Shown here in pieces: positions 50,045 to 64,000 of a stretch of DNA of 64,000 nucleotides (the first letter of the stretch is position 1; every line of letters begins with the position of its first letter). The notes below the pieces were generated by a model that was given only the letters and a program-made list of their open reading frames with translations, did not search any database and was not told the DNA's origin. Source of the DNA: Octopus bimaculoides (Eukaryota); the NCBI RefSeq assembly GCF_001194135.2, contig NC_068989.1, forward strand, positions 10,588,270-10,652,269, read 5' to 3'. Made by a program: the position numbers and the translations under genes.

Positions 50045-51481
50045 TATAAGTATGTATGTGTATACATGGTTGGCCAGAAGTCACCTGACAGTAAATCAAA
50101 ACCCATTTAATTCCAAAATTAAAAACAAAAAATTATTTTATATGAGACTTCGCTAATAAATAGACAATCTATCTATATATATATAGATTGAAAAAAGATT
50201 AGGGACCTATACAAATTAAATATTTATATATAAGAAATGGAGGTGGAAATAGCACAGAAGTAAGTCTACGATATTTCTATTTAAGAGGGAATTTAATTAA
50301 AAAAATGATTAAAAAAACATTATTATATAAAGAAAATATTACCGGTTCAATGAATTTCATCTTATCAAATATCAGTAAAAATTTGAAGCAAAAACAGTTT
50401 ATCTTCTGTCGGTGTGTGTGTGTGTGTTTTTTTTTTTNNNNNNNNNNNNNNNNNNNNNNNNNNNNNNNNNNNNNNNNNNNNNNNNNNNNNNNNNNNNNNN
50501 NNNNNNNNNNNNNNNNNNNNNNNNNNNNNNNNNNNNNNNNNNNNNNNNNNNNNNNNNNNNNNNNNNNNNNNNNNNNNNNNNNNNNNNNNNNNNNNNNNNN
50601 NNNNNNNNNNNNNNNNNNNNNNNNNNNNNNNNNNNNNNNNNNNNNNNNNNNNNNNNNNNNNNNNNNNNNNNNNNNNNNNNNNNNNNNNNNNNNNNNNNNN
50701 NNNNNNNNNNNNNNNNNNNNNNNNNNNNNNNNNNNNNNNNNNNNNNNNNNNNNNNNNNNNNNNNNNNNNNNNNNNNNNNNNNNNNNNNNNNNNNNNNNNN
50801 NNNNNNNNNNNNNNNNNNNNNNNNNNNNNNNNNNNNNNNNNNNNNNNNNNNNNNNNNNNNNNNNNNNNNNNNNNNNNNNNNNNNNNNNNNNNNNNNNNNN
50901 NNNNNNNNNNNNNNNNNNNNNNNNNNNNNNNNNNNNNNNNNNNNNNNNNNNNNNNNNNNNNNNNNNNNNNNNNNNNNNNNNNNNNNNNNNNNNNNNNNNN
51001 NNNNNNNNNNNNNNNNNNNNNNNNNNNNNNNNNNNNNNNNNNNNNNNNNNNNNNNNNNNNNNNNNNNNNNNNNNNNNNNNNNNNNNNNNNNNNNNNNNNN
51101 NNNNNNNNNNNNNNNNNNNNNNNNNNNNNNNNNNNNNNNNNNNNNNNNNNNNNNNNNNNNNNNNNNNNNNNNNNNNNNNNNNNNNNNNNNNNNNNNNNNN
51201 NNNNNNNNNNNNNNNNNNNNNNNNNNNNNNNNNNNNNNNNNNNNNNNNNNNNNNNNNNNNNNNNNNNNNNNNNNNNNNNNNNNNNNNNNNNNNNNNNNNN
51301 NNNNNNNNNNNNNNNNNNNNNNNNNNNNNNNNNNNNNNNNNNNNNNNNNNNNNNNNNNNNNNNNNNNNNNNNNNNNNNNNNNNNNNNNNNNNNNNNNNNN
51401 NNNNNNNNNNNNNNNNNNAACACCAAATATACAGTGCGTGTGTTTTTATTGGCTAAACTGGCAATATGACCATCCCCAAGT

Positions 51482-51513
<32 letters not shown>

Positions 51514-52511
51514 GAAAAATAAGCTGAAAGAATGCCTGCTACAATTTGTTTGAGCAATGAAGAGGAACAAATATATATTAAATATCATGAAAGAAAAATT
51601 CGCGATATATTTAAATTATCTTCTAGGTAAGGTAAAACAATTGCTTGGTGGCAATTAGGTGCGACTCAAAATGACAAGGGAAAAATAGTGTGAAATATCA
51701 ATGATTTACCAAAATTGTTTGTCAGTTAATTAGGAAGTGAAGAGAGAAAGAATTCTCGAAAAAAATCGAGGAACGGAGAAAGCTCGAGAAAAAAGAAGGA
51801 AAAATGACATGAGGTGAAAGAAAGAAAAAGAAAACCAGCGGAAGAGAGTAAAAAGAAGGTGTGAGAGGGAAAATGGAAAAGAGCAGGTAAGAATAGTAAA
51901 CGAGAGAAAGAGTGAGAAAGAAAGAGGTGGAAGTGTATGTGTATATGTACGTGTGCGTGTGTATGTGTATGTGTGAGTGTGAGACAGAGAGAGATATGGT
52001 AAGAGAGAGAGAGATATGGTGAGAGAGAATGAGGGCGAGTTAGTAGAAGAGAAAAGGTGAAGGTAAGAGTGAGCGAGCAGGAGAAAAAGAAGAAAGACAG
52101 GTGAGCAATGTATAGGAGGAAAGGAAAGTGAAGTGCGAGGGTTAGTGTGATGACTATGAGAAAATGTGCGATTGGCTAAACAAAAGTACTGAACAAAGAA
52201 AAACGAAAACTAACCAATGAGAAGTTACTTCAATGGAGATCAAGTGAAGCTTGCAGCATATCTTTGTGTCAGTCTTGCTCCAGGTGGAAGATCATACGTA
52301 TGCAACAGGTAGGTAAGTCTGTTCTTACATATATAGGTCAGCTTAAGGCAAAACAACACCACACACACACACACACACACATACACATACACACACACAT
52401 TCACATGTACTTTTTAACACTATGTATGTAACATTAACATAAATTACTAATTATTTGCAATCTTGATTATTATGAAGTATCAAATTAATTTCGTAATACC
52501 AAGAATACACA

Positions 52512-52549
<38 letters not shown>

Positions 52550-52591
52550 TATTTATGTATACATACATGTGTTTGTGCTTATTTGTACCTT

Positions 52592-52648
<57 letters not shown>

Positions 52649-52707
52649 ATGTCTGTCTATCTATCTATCTATCTATATGTCTGTCTATCTATCTATCTAT
52701 ATGTCTG

Positions 52708-52738
<31 letters not shown>

Positions 52739-52772
52739 GTAAATCTCGCTGATGCACACGTACGGACACGCG

Positions 52773-52819
<47 letters not shown>

Positions 52820-53329
52820 ATTGATGAGAAACTTTGACTGAAGTTTCAACTTTTAAGCCAGAGCACTCATCTAATTGAACCAGAATCGAAGATTACATCA
52901 AATTTTACAGGGAAACAATTTGATGCAACTTTTGTATCTGATTCAGCTTGATAAGTGTTCTAGCACGAAACTATACGGGTTTCAGTAACTGGTTTACTTT
53001 CTTGACGACAAATAAGGCAAGATTAATACTTTATGTATTGAGGTTATATGGTTGGTTAAATAAATTTCTTTGATAGAACATATTACATACATATATATAT
53101 ATATCATCGTCGCCGTCGTCGTCGTCGTCGNNNNNNNNNNNNNNNNNNNNNNNNNNNNNNNNNNNNNNNNNNNNNNNNNNNNNNNNNNNNNNNNNNNNNN
53201 NNNNNNNNNNNNNNNNNNNNNNNNNNNNNNNNNNNNNNNNNNNNNNNNNNNNNNNNNNNNNNNNNNNNNNNNNNNNNNNNNNNNNNNNNNNNNNNNNNNN
53301 NNNNNNNNNNNTCGTGTGTCCGATAATTT

Positions 53330-53640
53330 ATTCGGTTTCTTCTTGACCACTTCTTCCCCTCTGTCCGTGTTCATGCCTCTGATGACTAATGAGACCGATT
53401 CTTGCATGGAAGTGTCTGTTGGAAAGTTCATTAGGGATCCGTGGTAGAGGCTTTGGTTGTTGCAGCCTCCATTTTCTTTCTTGTCGTTTCTCTCCCTTTT
53501 TCCTCTGGCGTTCAGCTTCAAAATGATTTGTCACAGTCGAAATGGAATGATGCTAGCCGGGCCTGTCTTGAGCTTCGATGTCCCAGGCTTTGGGATCGAT
53601 TCCAGTAAGAGATAAATAACATTTAATGTATACAATGTAA
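53330..53640 (-). mobile_element. RTE-clade LINE 3' end
   Basis: GIDPKAWDIEAQDRPG*...FEAERQRK...RHFHARIGLISHQRH. Confidence 0.75.
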
Positions 53641-55066
53641 AGGTACGAGCTACCGATAGTTTCATACATTGGAGATGCATTCTTGGTAGGTATTTATAAC
53701 ACGCCTTGTGTCTCCTGAAGATTGCTTGGAGATACAAGGATCAGCTGAAGCAAAGCATAAAGCATATTCTTTTATTCTTTCATTCATTTACTTGCTTCAG
53801 TCGTTTAACTGCAGCCATGCTGGAACACCGCCAGAACTTATTCTTTGTAAGCCTAATACTTATTCTATCAGTTTCTTTTGTCGAACAGCTAGATTACGGG
53901 GTTGGGGTGCTAGATTCGAACAAGAGTGGGGGTGCTAGATTCCCTTGTTCGAAAATATAAGGACACAGATCGTGTCGTATAGCCAGTTGGAGACGATGTC
54001 TCCTGGGGCTAAATTACAGCAACATTCGTCCTAAACCAGGACTGCTAAGTTATGTTGGCAATCAATCTTTACTCCATCTTACATATATAAGGTGGCGAGC
54101 TGGCAGAATCGTTTAGCATGCTGGACAAAATACTTAGCGGCATTTCGTCCGTCTTTAAGTTTTGAGTAAGAATTCTGCCGAGGTTGACTTGGCCTTTCAT
54201 TCTGTCGAGGTCGATAAAATAAGTACCAATTGAACACTGGGTTCGATGTAATCGACTGACCATCTTCCTTGAAATTGCAGTGTCTGTGCCAAAATTTTAA
54301 ACCATTATTACCTTACATACGTTAGTATTCACATTTATCTATATATGTTGTAACTCTATCGTTATGTGGATGTAGCATTACCGGGTGGTTAAGAAGTTCT
54401 CATCGAAATCACAGACTATAGTCTGGAGCCCTCGGAGTGAAATCGGTTAGATGGAAAGTGTGTGTGTGTGTGTGTGTGTGTGTGACGCTGATGATTGTAT
54501 ATATACTTTAAAGCAAACATGGGCCAAATACACTGTCGTATCACGCTGACTTAATCTGAGAATTACGTTAAGAGTACACGTATAAGTGGAATGTTATCAC
54601 TTTAAGCCCATTCAATGAGTAGGATGTACAGTTGATCACACAACTGAATAAGCTTTGTTGACACTAAAGGAGACATACTTTTAATTATATTATTAAAAGT
54701 ACAAGTTTGGTGTAGACCGTTTACCTTCTTCCACATTTCTAAAGAATATCTAACTCCAGTGAAATAAAGCTTGGCTGGTAATTAAAAGGTATTGGTTGTG
54801 GTTATACTGGGCTCCGCAATCTACAGTTTCATGACTTTGCTGATAGGTGAACATATCTATATGTCTCTGTTGGTCACTATTCATGAATATATGGGTGAAA
54901 ATTATTTTAGTATCACAGATATTGTTTCTTTTATTGCCTCAGATCAACCTGTGATTGAGTGCACCTTAGTTTAAACGCACATAACCGTCCCGTTCTTTTT
55001 TTCTGTTGAGCACACTTAACCAGGGAACACATTATCCAACTCTCGTTTTTGTCTTTTCTAAGAAAG

Positions 55067-55289
55067 TACGAGGGGGGTACTGAAAAATTCCTAGCTTTAA
55101 GAGTATCGCGAAAGGCCTTGTTAGAAGCCCAACATTCCGAGTTCCTTTACAGGGCTTAGAAAACCCGAAGGACTGCTACAATAAGTGTGTCAATCTAAAA
55201 GGAGAACATGTTGAATAGAACCATAATTAACTGATCCTCCTGTATTTTCTTTTACCCAAAGCCAGGAACTTTTTCAGCACCCCCTCGTA
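55067..55289. mobile_element. Mariner-derived MITE, same family (partial copies at about 28170-28335 and 63593-63793)
   Basis: TACGAGGGGGGTACTGAAAAATTCC...GGAACTTTTTCAGCACCCCCTCGTA. Confidence 0.85.
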
Positions 55290-55473
55290 AAGAGTATTTT
55301 TTTCTGCACCTATTACACATTTTAATTTTTTTCTTGATATATACATACTCAGGTTGACACTCACGGAGATTACCAATTCTACTGTGATTTTCGGAGTTCT
55401 TATACCATTGAATTATACATCTCGGATTACACTGACTAAAATTTTCCCTTTAATCTTTCTTTCTTTCTCTCTG

Positions 55474-55505
<32 letters not shown>

Positions 55506-56329
55506 TGTATGTATGTATGTATGTATGCATGTATGTATGTATGTATTATGTATGCATGTAATTGTTCAATTTTATTTCAAGATCTCTTGCCAATACAGAA
55601 AGTGCCGGTTTCTAACCTAGATTCAAGACTCTTTCATTGGAATTTCAACATCAGCAACAGGCTATTTTTGTTTGTATTTATGTATATGTGCAGATTTGTA
55701 TGTTTGCTCTATGTATGTATTCTCATGCATATCTAGACATGAGCATATCTAGACATGAGCATATCTAGACACACTCATATATATTTAAGTGATAAGCTTC
55801 TGTAAAGTTTTACAGACTTTTACAGTTCCAGTGAAGGACTGGATCGCCAGTCTTCGAATTAGCTTCCTCCTTTCTAATTTCTCAAGCTTGGTATTTAGGC
55901 AGCGTGTTACATATCTCAGAGCCCCAATAATACAGGTATAAACCTGAACTTGTTATCTGGAAAGGAAGAGATATAGTGGTAGAATTTAATTACGGGGGAG
56001 AGGGACAACAATATACATACATACATACATACATACATACATACATACATACACACATACATACTGTTGTAAGAAATTAGTAATAATAAATAGTGACGAA
56101 CGGAAAACCCTAGTCACTATAAGTAAAGAGAAGTACGTGAAGTACCAGAGTACGTAGTAGGCAGTTATAGATAGTCGTGTCTTTACTGGTTTTACTAAGT
56201 ATACTGTATACCGAAGTGGGTTCTATAATAATCCAACATTTGTAAGGATATAGCATTGGCGACGAGAAATTAATAAATTCTACAAGCAATTTACAACTCA
56301 CGAGGAATTAACAACTCATGAGAAGTTAA

Positions 56330-57865
56330 CAAACTTATAAAGTTGTGTGAATTTTACGAAAAAAAAAAAAGAAAATCGTAAAAATTATGGAAAATTCGTT
56401 GGCCGGTTTGCTCGAGTTGCAACAAATTTGTTGGCCGGTTTGCTCGAGTTGCAACAACAACTGAAAGTACGACAGAAACAATTACTATCACAGCAACAAA
56501 TGCTGCAATTAATGAAGTCGTCAGGAAATTCAGAAAAAGTTTTCTCGCCAGACTATGTCGCGAACTCCATAACAAAGTTCAAATACGAACCTGACGAAGG
56601 AGTTGACGAGATGAAAACTCGTTTGATCTTGAGAAAACTGGCGGCAGCAAAACATGAACAATACAGTAATTTTGTACTCCCAAGAAAACCTTTGAACATA
56701 AACTTTAATGATACAATAGATACAGTGTGTAAAATTTTCAGTGAAAAAAGCTCATTGTTCAATATACGTTGGAAGTATCTGAACATACAGAAAAACAACG
56801 ACGAAGACTAGATCACATATGCTGGAAGAATAAACAGGAAATGCGAGGAGTTTAAGCTGGACGAATTAATGCTAGATATGTTCAAATGCCTGATTTTTAC
56901 ACAGGGACTTACTGCCGAAAAGGTCGCAGAAGTTAGAACTTGTATTCTCGGAAAACTGAAACAAAACCAGGATGTAACCCTACAGCAAGTGTCGGAAGAA
57001 TGTGAGAGGATAGTCAAATTAAGACACAACACAGGAAATTGAACGTTAAGATTGTTTCCAAGTAAAACAAGTGCGAAATAGTCAGAATAGAGATTAAGTG
57101 TTTTCTAAAAAAACACGGCAAAAATCAGGAAATAAACCCATGATTTGCATGTGGAGGTATACACCTGAGGAAAAATTGTCCATTTAAAAAAGCGGAGTGT
57201 TTTCGTTGTGGAGTTATAGGACATATAAAGACGCACTGTAGAACAAAGATGACAAAATGTCAGAACAAAGGAAAAAAAAAATAAATAGTATGTTATCAGA
57301 GGAAATTTGTAATATAACGATGAGGAAATTCGTGAAAATGAAAATCAGAAATACAAGTGTTAAAATGAAATTAAACACTAGAAGTGACATCACCATTATA
57401 AACGTAAAAATGTGGAAATATGTTGGTAAGCTGAAATTAAAAGGTAGCACATGGTGTCACAGGAAAAAGATTATATTTTTTCGGTGAATTCGTATGTAAC
57501 GTAACATTGCGAGGTCAAACGAAAAAGGCGAAGATATATGTGTTAAAAAGTTCACTTAATTTATTCGGCAAAGAATGGATGGAACTATTTAAAGTATGGA
57601 ATATGTCCATAAGTGTTTTGTGGAAATACAGTCGGTTCAGTCGAAGGTTCGAATGCGGCTGAGAGACTAAAAAAAAAAAAAAATTGCAGTAAAACAGAGT
57701 GGAACACATGTATGTAAGCCAAAACGAAATGAAAAATTGCCCACGATGAAAAGTAAACATTGTTCAAAAGTAGATGTTCCGTGGTCGAAACTACACATCG
57801 ATATCAATGATCCTATAAATGGTTCTTACTATTTAGTGGTAGTTGATAGTTTTTCGAACTCGGAG
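56330..57865 (+). mobile_element. Gypsy LTR-retrotransposon relic (gag, zinc knuckles, protease, integrase fragment)
   Basis: Gag-like ANSITKFKYEPDEG...FVLPRKP; knuckle remnant CFRCGVIGHIKTHC; protease-like KLNTRSDITII; integrase-like PWSKLHIDINDPINGSYYLVVVDS; many stops. Confidence 0.85.
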
Positions 57866-58560
57866 ATGGTCAAGAAAAAGTGATCTGAAAAGATGCACTG
57901 AGGCATTGATATGCAGCGCCCAGGAACAAGATCTGAGAACTAATTACACCAAGTTCCGAATAGATAAGAGTAGCGAATCGTCCCTTTGTAGGATGTGTGG
58001 CAGCAGAAGCAAAGCAATCTCACATATTGTGAGTGAACGTAGCAAGCTGGCCCAAAAGTACTACAAAAGGAGGCACGATGACGTGGCTAAGTTCGTCCAC
58101 TGGAGGCTGTGTGAAAAGTACGGCCTGAACAGAGCACGGAAATGGCATGAACATGAACTAGGAGTCACCGAGAACAAAGAACAGAAGATACAGTGGGATT
58201 TTACTATCCAATATGGCTCCCTAATCGAGGCTCAGAGACAAGATATTGTGGCAGATAGAGGAAAAAACGAAACGAAGATCATATATATTGCAATACCTGG
58301 AGACGCACGCATAAGTGACTAAGAACTAGAAAAGATTGAAAAGTACAGACTACTAATTGACGAAATTGCAAGAACGTTGACTATGAGGAGAGTGTCTGTC
58401 ATTCCAGTAGTTGTAGGGAACTCGGAGCACTTAACAACCAAGTTCGAGAAATATGTCATAGAAATCGGAATTGACATGAGAGCAGAGTAAGCTCCCAAAA
58501 CCTGTGGTGCTGCCAACAGCTAGGATTTTGAGATTGGTACTTGGATATTGAATATTTCCT
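57865..58560 (+). mobile_element. 3' fragment of an RLE-endonuclease LINE (R4/Dong-like)
   Basis: EALICSAQEQ..CRMCG..HIVSE..YKRRHDDVAKFVHW..WDFTIQ..IAIPGD..KIEKY..IPVVVG. Confidence 0.85.
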
Positions 58561-58918
58561 GCGATAACTAATAACTAAGCATCAAAACTTATAATGTACG
58601 GAAAGAGACCTTGTAAGACCTCTGGCAGCAGGTTGCTGTCCGCTCTCACAGAATCTACCAGAACAGAAAGACCGAGCGTTCTGAGAAGTAAAATAACAAC
58701 AACACCGCTGATGATGATGATGATGACGATGATGATAATCCTTTCTACTAAAGGCACAAGGCCTGAAATTTGGGGATTACATCGACCCCAGTGTGTCACT
58801 GGTACTTAATTTATCGAACCAGAAAGAATGAAACGCAAAGTCGACCTCAGCGGAATTTGAACTCAGAACGTAAAGACTGACGAAGTGTGCTAACGATTCT
58901 GCCAGCTTACCACCTTAC

Positions 58919-58969
<51 letters not shown>

Positions 58970-59860
58970 GGAGTATCTAAGAGTATTAGAATCTGACGGA
59001 GTATATAAGACTATTAGAATCTGACAGAGTACTAACTACAGAAATGAAAATGAAAATTGAGAAGGAATACATCAGAAGGGTTAGGAAGCTAATGAAGTCA
59101 AAGCTAAATGGTCCGAATCTAGTGAAGGCTGTAAATATTTGGGCACTATAATTACTTAGCAGCTTTTGTAGATTGGACAAAAATTGAATTAGCAAAGCTA
59201 GGCAGAACTAGGAAGGAATTCAATATGAATGGAGGACTCCACCCAAGGGCAGGAGTAGCAAGATTATACCTACCTAGAAAGGAAGGCGGAAGAGGTTTAA
59301 TATCAGTAGAAGACTGCGTAGAGTTAGCTACAGTAGATACAGACTCCTATGTAGGTAATATCAAGAGCTGCTAGAGTCACAGCAAGAAGTAAAAACCAGA
59401 AAAAAGAACAGAAATTATCTGACTGGCAGGAGAAGGCGTTGCATGGTAGATTCCCAAAGATAGTTTCAGCAATAGTAGTAGTGAGACATGATGTGGCTGC
59501 AGAAAGGAAAGCTGAAGAAGGAGTCAGAAAGTTTGTTAGTAGCTGAACAAGATCAAACATTAAGGACTAATTGGATAAAAGCCAAGATAGAAAAAACCAA
59601 GTAGATTTCCAATGTCGATTATCCAAATCAAAAGAGGAAAGCGTTACTCATATAGTAAGTGAATGTAGCATGCTGGCACAGAAAGAATACAAGAAAAACA
59701 TGACAATCTAGGGAGAGCAATCCACTGGGAGTTATGTAGAAAGCTAGGATTTGAAAATGGTATGAACAGGAACCTAGTAAAGTACTAGAAAGTAAGAAAC
59801 ACAAAATGTTGTGGGACTTTAACATTCAAACTGACAGAGTAATGATGGGTATATTTGATC
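58970..59860 (+). mobile_element. Degenerate R4/Dong-like LINE fragment (RT thumb to CCHC)
   Basis: Remnants resembling KSKLNGPNLVKAVNIWA, HPRAGVARLYLPRKEGGRGLISVEDC, LHGRF, AEQDQTLRTNWIKA, WDFNIQTDR. Confidence 0.75.
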
Positions 59861-59969
59861 TTAACTCTATCTTTATTATTATTATTATTTGTTTATTTAT
59901 CAGAGCTCTTAGTCGTGATGATAATAATTAGTAAGAGGAGGAGGAGGTGTAGGAGAAGGAGAGGAAGTA

Positions 59970-60059
<90 letters not shown>

Positions 60060-61385
60060 GCTCTGATGCAATACCAGGCAGTGTCTCTCATGGCTTCTTA
60101 TCTTAATTGATTGGAAGTATTATCATGCATATTGTTTTGTTTTGGTATAAAAGATTGGCTACAGCAAATATTCTACTTAATACCACAAATTTGCTGGTCG
60201 GTTGTTTGACCTTCACCAGTTAAGCATGTTCCTTGGTGGCTGACGATATGTGCATCTCTGATCACGAGCAGAAGTAGTGGGGGAGCATTATAACTTCCTC
60301 ATAACCTTCTCACACCTCTGTTTACATTTTACCTAATATCTATAATACAATACATCTTATAATAATAATAATAGTAATTGATTCATTTGTGTGCATGTAT
60401 GGACTTTTATCTATGTACATTTAAATGTACATATATGTATTTATGTATTTGTGTTTATTTATGTATATCTATGTATATGTTAAAGTATGCATATATATGT
60501 GGGTTTTTTACGGTTTTTATATTTTTATATTTTTATATTTATAACTTAACCTTATGAACTTTATAAAATCTCTGAAGAGGCCTAGAGAATCATCCATGTA
60601 CCTCTATTTGACAGCTGGTTTGGCAGCTGGTGTTGGTTTGTTTACGTCCTCTTAACTTAGCGGTTCGAAAAAAGAACCGATAGAAGTAACAAACTTGGAA
60701 AAATCAGTACTGAGATCGATCTGTTTGATTTAAAGGAAAAAGTAATCATCAAGTTGGAGCCCCAGCATGGCTGCAGTCCGATGATTGAAGCAAGTAAACG
60801 ATAACATAAATCGAAACATTAGTTGCTAAAAGAATAATACACTTACAAATGGGATATACATAAATTAATGATATCGTATAGGAGAACTTTAATTCTCTCA
60901 CCTTATATTAGATGTCATATAAAGTTTTATTTGATATATTTAGATTTATTTGATATCATAGGAAAACACAAACTTATTGTCTGTTGTCATTTCCATTGCT
61001 TTACTGTCGACATCTATTTCAGGTGCACTCAGCCTTTGAAGGACCTAAACCTGTGTATGAAGAAAATATATTTTGATAAATCATACAGGGTAAAGGATAT
61101 TGCGCAATTAACCAGATCGTTACTTTCAAATGCGTCATAAGTTTTCACGTGTATTAATTTTACTTTCTGGAAATTTGGTTTTTAAAGAATAGAATGATTG
61201 AAGAAAATAAATCGTCACACAATAGAACTTTTGTATCTTCCCCAATCCGAAAAGGAGGGCAGATGAGGATGGGGAGGGGGGGGGGTAGGAAATCCACGAC
61301 AATTACAAAAGTACTGTATAAGTAAATTAATGTAGGTATGTCATACCTGAGTTGTTCGAAGTGAGGGATTGGCAGAAACAGTACA

Positions 61386-61444
<59 letters not shown>

Positions 61445-61802
61445 ACACACACCACACCACACACACACCACACACACACACGCGTGCATGCTCGGGTGTG
61501 AAAGAAATTGCTGTCATAAACACTGAAGCTAGTAAGAAGTGAAGTTATATTATAGAGTGTCCTACAAGCAAATCTCAGTGGAAGAGCAGAAGCTCTTGCA
61601 GTGTTCTTGAGATAAAAATTCAAAATACATAGGTACAAGACTTTGTGATTTATAATTTTTCTGTCTGGTGACCAACACTAAAAGCTTATGTCTTGTTTTA
61701 TATAGCAAATGACAAAAGATAAATAAGCAAACTTTATATCATAAGTACTAAATTACAAAAGCAAAAATTAATCACATATGTATACATGTATGTATTTATG
61801 TG

Positions 61803-61836
<34 letters not shown>

Positions 61837-61980
61837 AAAAGCCCTGTCATAACTAGCCCAAAACTTTGAGTCGCAAGCCTGACTCATCCAAAATAAAATA
61901 TATCATTAATCTCTGCTAGGGTGTGGGCACCCTTTATTTTTTGGTAGTCGATACTAAACGGGTACACACACTCACGCGCG

Positions 61981-62023
<43 letters not shown>

Positions 62024-62188
62024 ATGCATGCGCACACTTTCAATGTACAATCACTTTTATAATGATTTCTTTCTTTTGTCTCCAATGATTCAGCAATTTT
62101 TAAAACGGAAAATAACAGGGAAGGATTACATTTTATGAGGAAAAATATAAACAACTGACTGTTTTCTACGAGACATTTCTCACGCAAG

Positions 62189-62464
62189 ATGTCGGAGTGT
62201 CCATCTTCAGAATGTGGGACGCTGAGCGAGGAGAAAGTGCAAAGAGCTTTGGTTATGCTGAATATTGAATTTAGCGAAACACTTTCAAAGCAAGATAAGT
62301 GTAAACTTCTTCAAGACAACATCATGAACACAGACAATTTACCAATCATGTTTGATATTATGGATGTGTTGTCGGTATCGAGTAAGGGAGCAGCAACAGT
62401 TCAAGAGATGAGAGAAAGAATAAATATTCAACTGATGTCAAAAGAAAGTTGCGCAAATGACGAG
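62189..62464 (+). CDS. Gene B first coding exon (92 aa, MSECPSSECG...ESCANDE); probable paralog of gene A, continues past the window
   Basis: Start context CGCAAG-ATG; non-repetitive open frame; donor GAG|GTAAGA in phase 0. DVLSVSSKGAATVQEMRERI aligns with gene A exon 1 [20 protein letters not shown]. Confidence 0.68.
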
Positions 62465-62753
62465 GTAAGATTACTTTTCTACAATAACTTATTTCCATAT
62501 ACGGGTACAGACATTCATGCGTACATAAGTATACATAAGTATACATAGTTAATTGCAGAATAAAACCGTTAGGTCATCGACTCGAAAAGCCGTAGCCCAC
62601 CAATGACCACATATAAGAAGTACAACATAAACCACAAAAATCAAATTAGTAAAGGGAGGTCAAAATTTTTATACATAAGAATAAAAATCGATTAAAAATG
62701 CAATAGAATAATATAAATAAATAAATAAACAGCGATTAAAAAAGTATACATAT

Positions 62754-62847
<94 letters not shown>

Positions 62848-62874
62848 GCACGCACGCACGCACACACGCGCGCG

Positions 62875-62908
<34 letters not shown>

Positions 62909-64000
62909 GATACATATATATAGTGTGTGTGAGTGTGTGTATGTATGAATGTATGTATACGTTCTAGGGAATCAGTGCATGAATTCGTTCAAATATGTCT
63001 ACCCACCAGCAGATGTGTGTGTGTGTGTGCTTATATTTACACGCGTTCGCACACATATACACGCACGCAGACTCACCCCTACACACAAACGTGCATATAC
63101 ATGCACAAAGATGTAATTATTCTCTAGTGTTTCATGTAAGGTCGATATTGAAACAGATAACCCTATATTCTGCCCTTAAAAATGGTTTCACCATTTTATT
63201 TAATAGTCGTAGTCAAGATAACTTGATTCAGGTGATTAAATACACGCATGTGAATACACACAGATACACACAGACACACACACACACACACATATATATA
63301 GGTATATACAAATATTTATATGGGTGAGTGGACAAACAAACAAAAAAAAGAGGCACTCAGCATATTTAGTAGGAATTACATATATCATTGTTTAAAACGG
63401 TTTGATTCGCCCCAGTGCAACTTGAAATTTCGATGGCTTTTTACAGAAACCTAACTCATCAGGCTTAAACAACCGAGCCTAAGCCGGCCGAGCTAGATTA
63501 CCGTTAAGAAGTCAACGAAACCTCAAGTTGCATGAAACCGAATCAAACAATTTTAAATAATATAAATTTATACATACACAGACAGACAGACATACGAGGA
63601 GGTGCTGAAAAGTTCCTGGTTTTGAGCGAAAGAAAATACAGGAGGATGAGTTAACTATGTTTCTATTCAATATATTCCACCCCCACCCCGCTCAGTGGCC
63701 CTACAGTGTTTCTAAGCCCTGTAGGAGAACTCGGAAGGTCGGGCCGCCAGCCAGGCCTTTCGTGGTAACTTTAAAGTCAGGAACTTTCAACCCCTTGAAC
63801 AAGTGTCTTCTACTATAGCCTCGGGCAGGCCAAAGCCTTGAGAGTGGATTTGGTAGACGGAAACTGAAAAAAAGCTAGTCGTATACAAACATACATACAT
63901 ACATACATACATACATACATACATACATAAATACATGCATGCATGCATGCATACATACATACATACATACATATACACATACATATATATACACACACAC

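Noticed and set aside
63399-63548. Hammerhead in a short inverted repeat
   Set aside because: CUGAUGA is present, but GAAAU/UUC and stem I do not pair convincingly.

Overview
AT-rich, microsatellite-dense animal genomic DNA with many N gaps. The repeat families and intron style suggest an octopus scaffold (inference). (1) A minus-strand dynamin-superfamily GTPase gene (gene A) can be rebuilt from 8 phase-consistent GT-AG exons (30286->1673, about 523 codons, continuing past the left edge). It has G1 GETGSGKS, G3 DTPG and G4 NKWE and looks like the bacterial-DLP/mitofusin/DSTYK-N-terminal type, not classical dynamin. (2) At 62189-62464 a plus-strand first coding exon (gene B) shares gene A's N-terminal helical motif, so it is probably a divergently oriented paralog. 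(3) Several unrelated repeat families carry type I hammerhead ribozyme motifs of the Penelope-like-element kind, usually as inverted pairs. One is a tRNA-headed, SINE-like element with a hammerhead tail; two sit in the sense strand of gene A intron 1. (4) An inverted duplication carries a Cys-rich, F-type-lectin-like exon; one arm is interrupted by a 3.3 kb deleted Helitron holding two MITEs with 8-bp TSDs. The rest is SINEs, LINE relics (R4/Dong-like, HERO-like, Tx1/L1-like, RTE, Penelope), a Gypsy relic, mariner and hAT elements. All calls were made by eye with no database searches; repeat boundaries are approximate unless TSDs are quoted.
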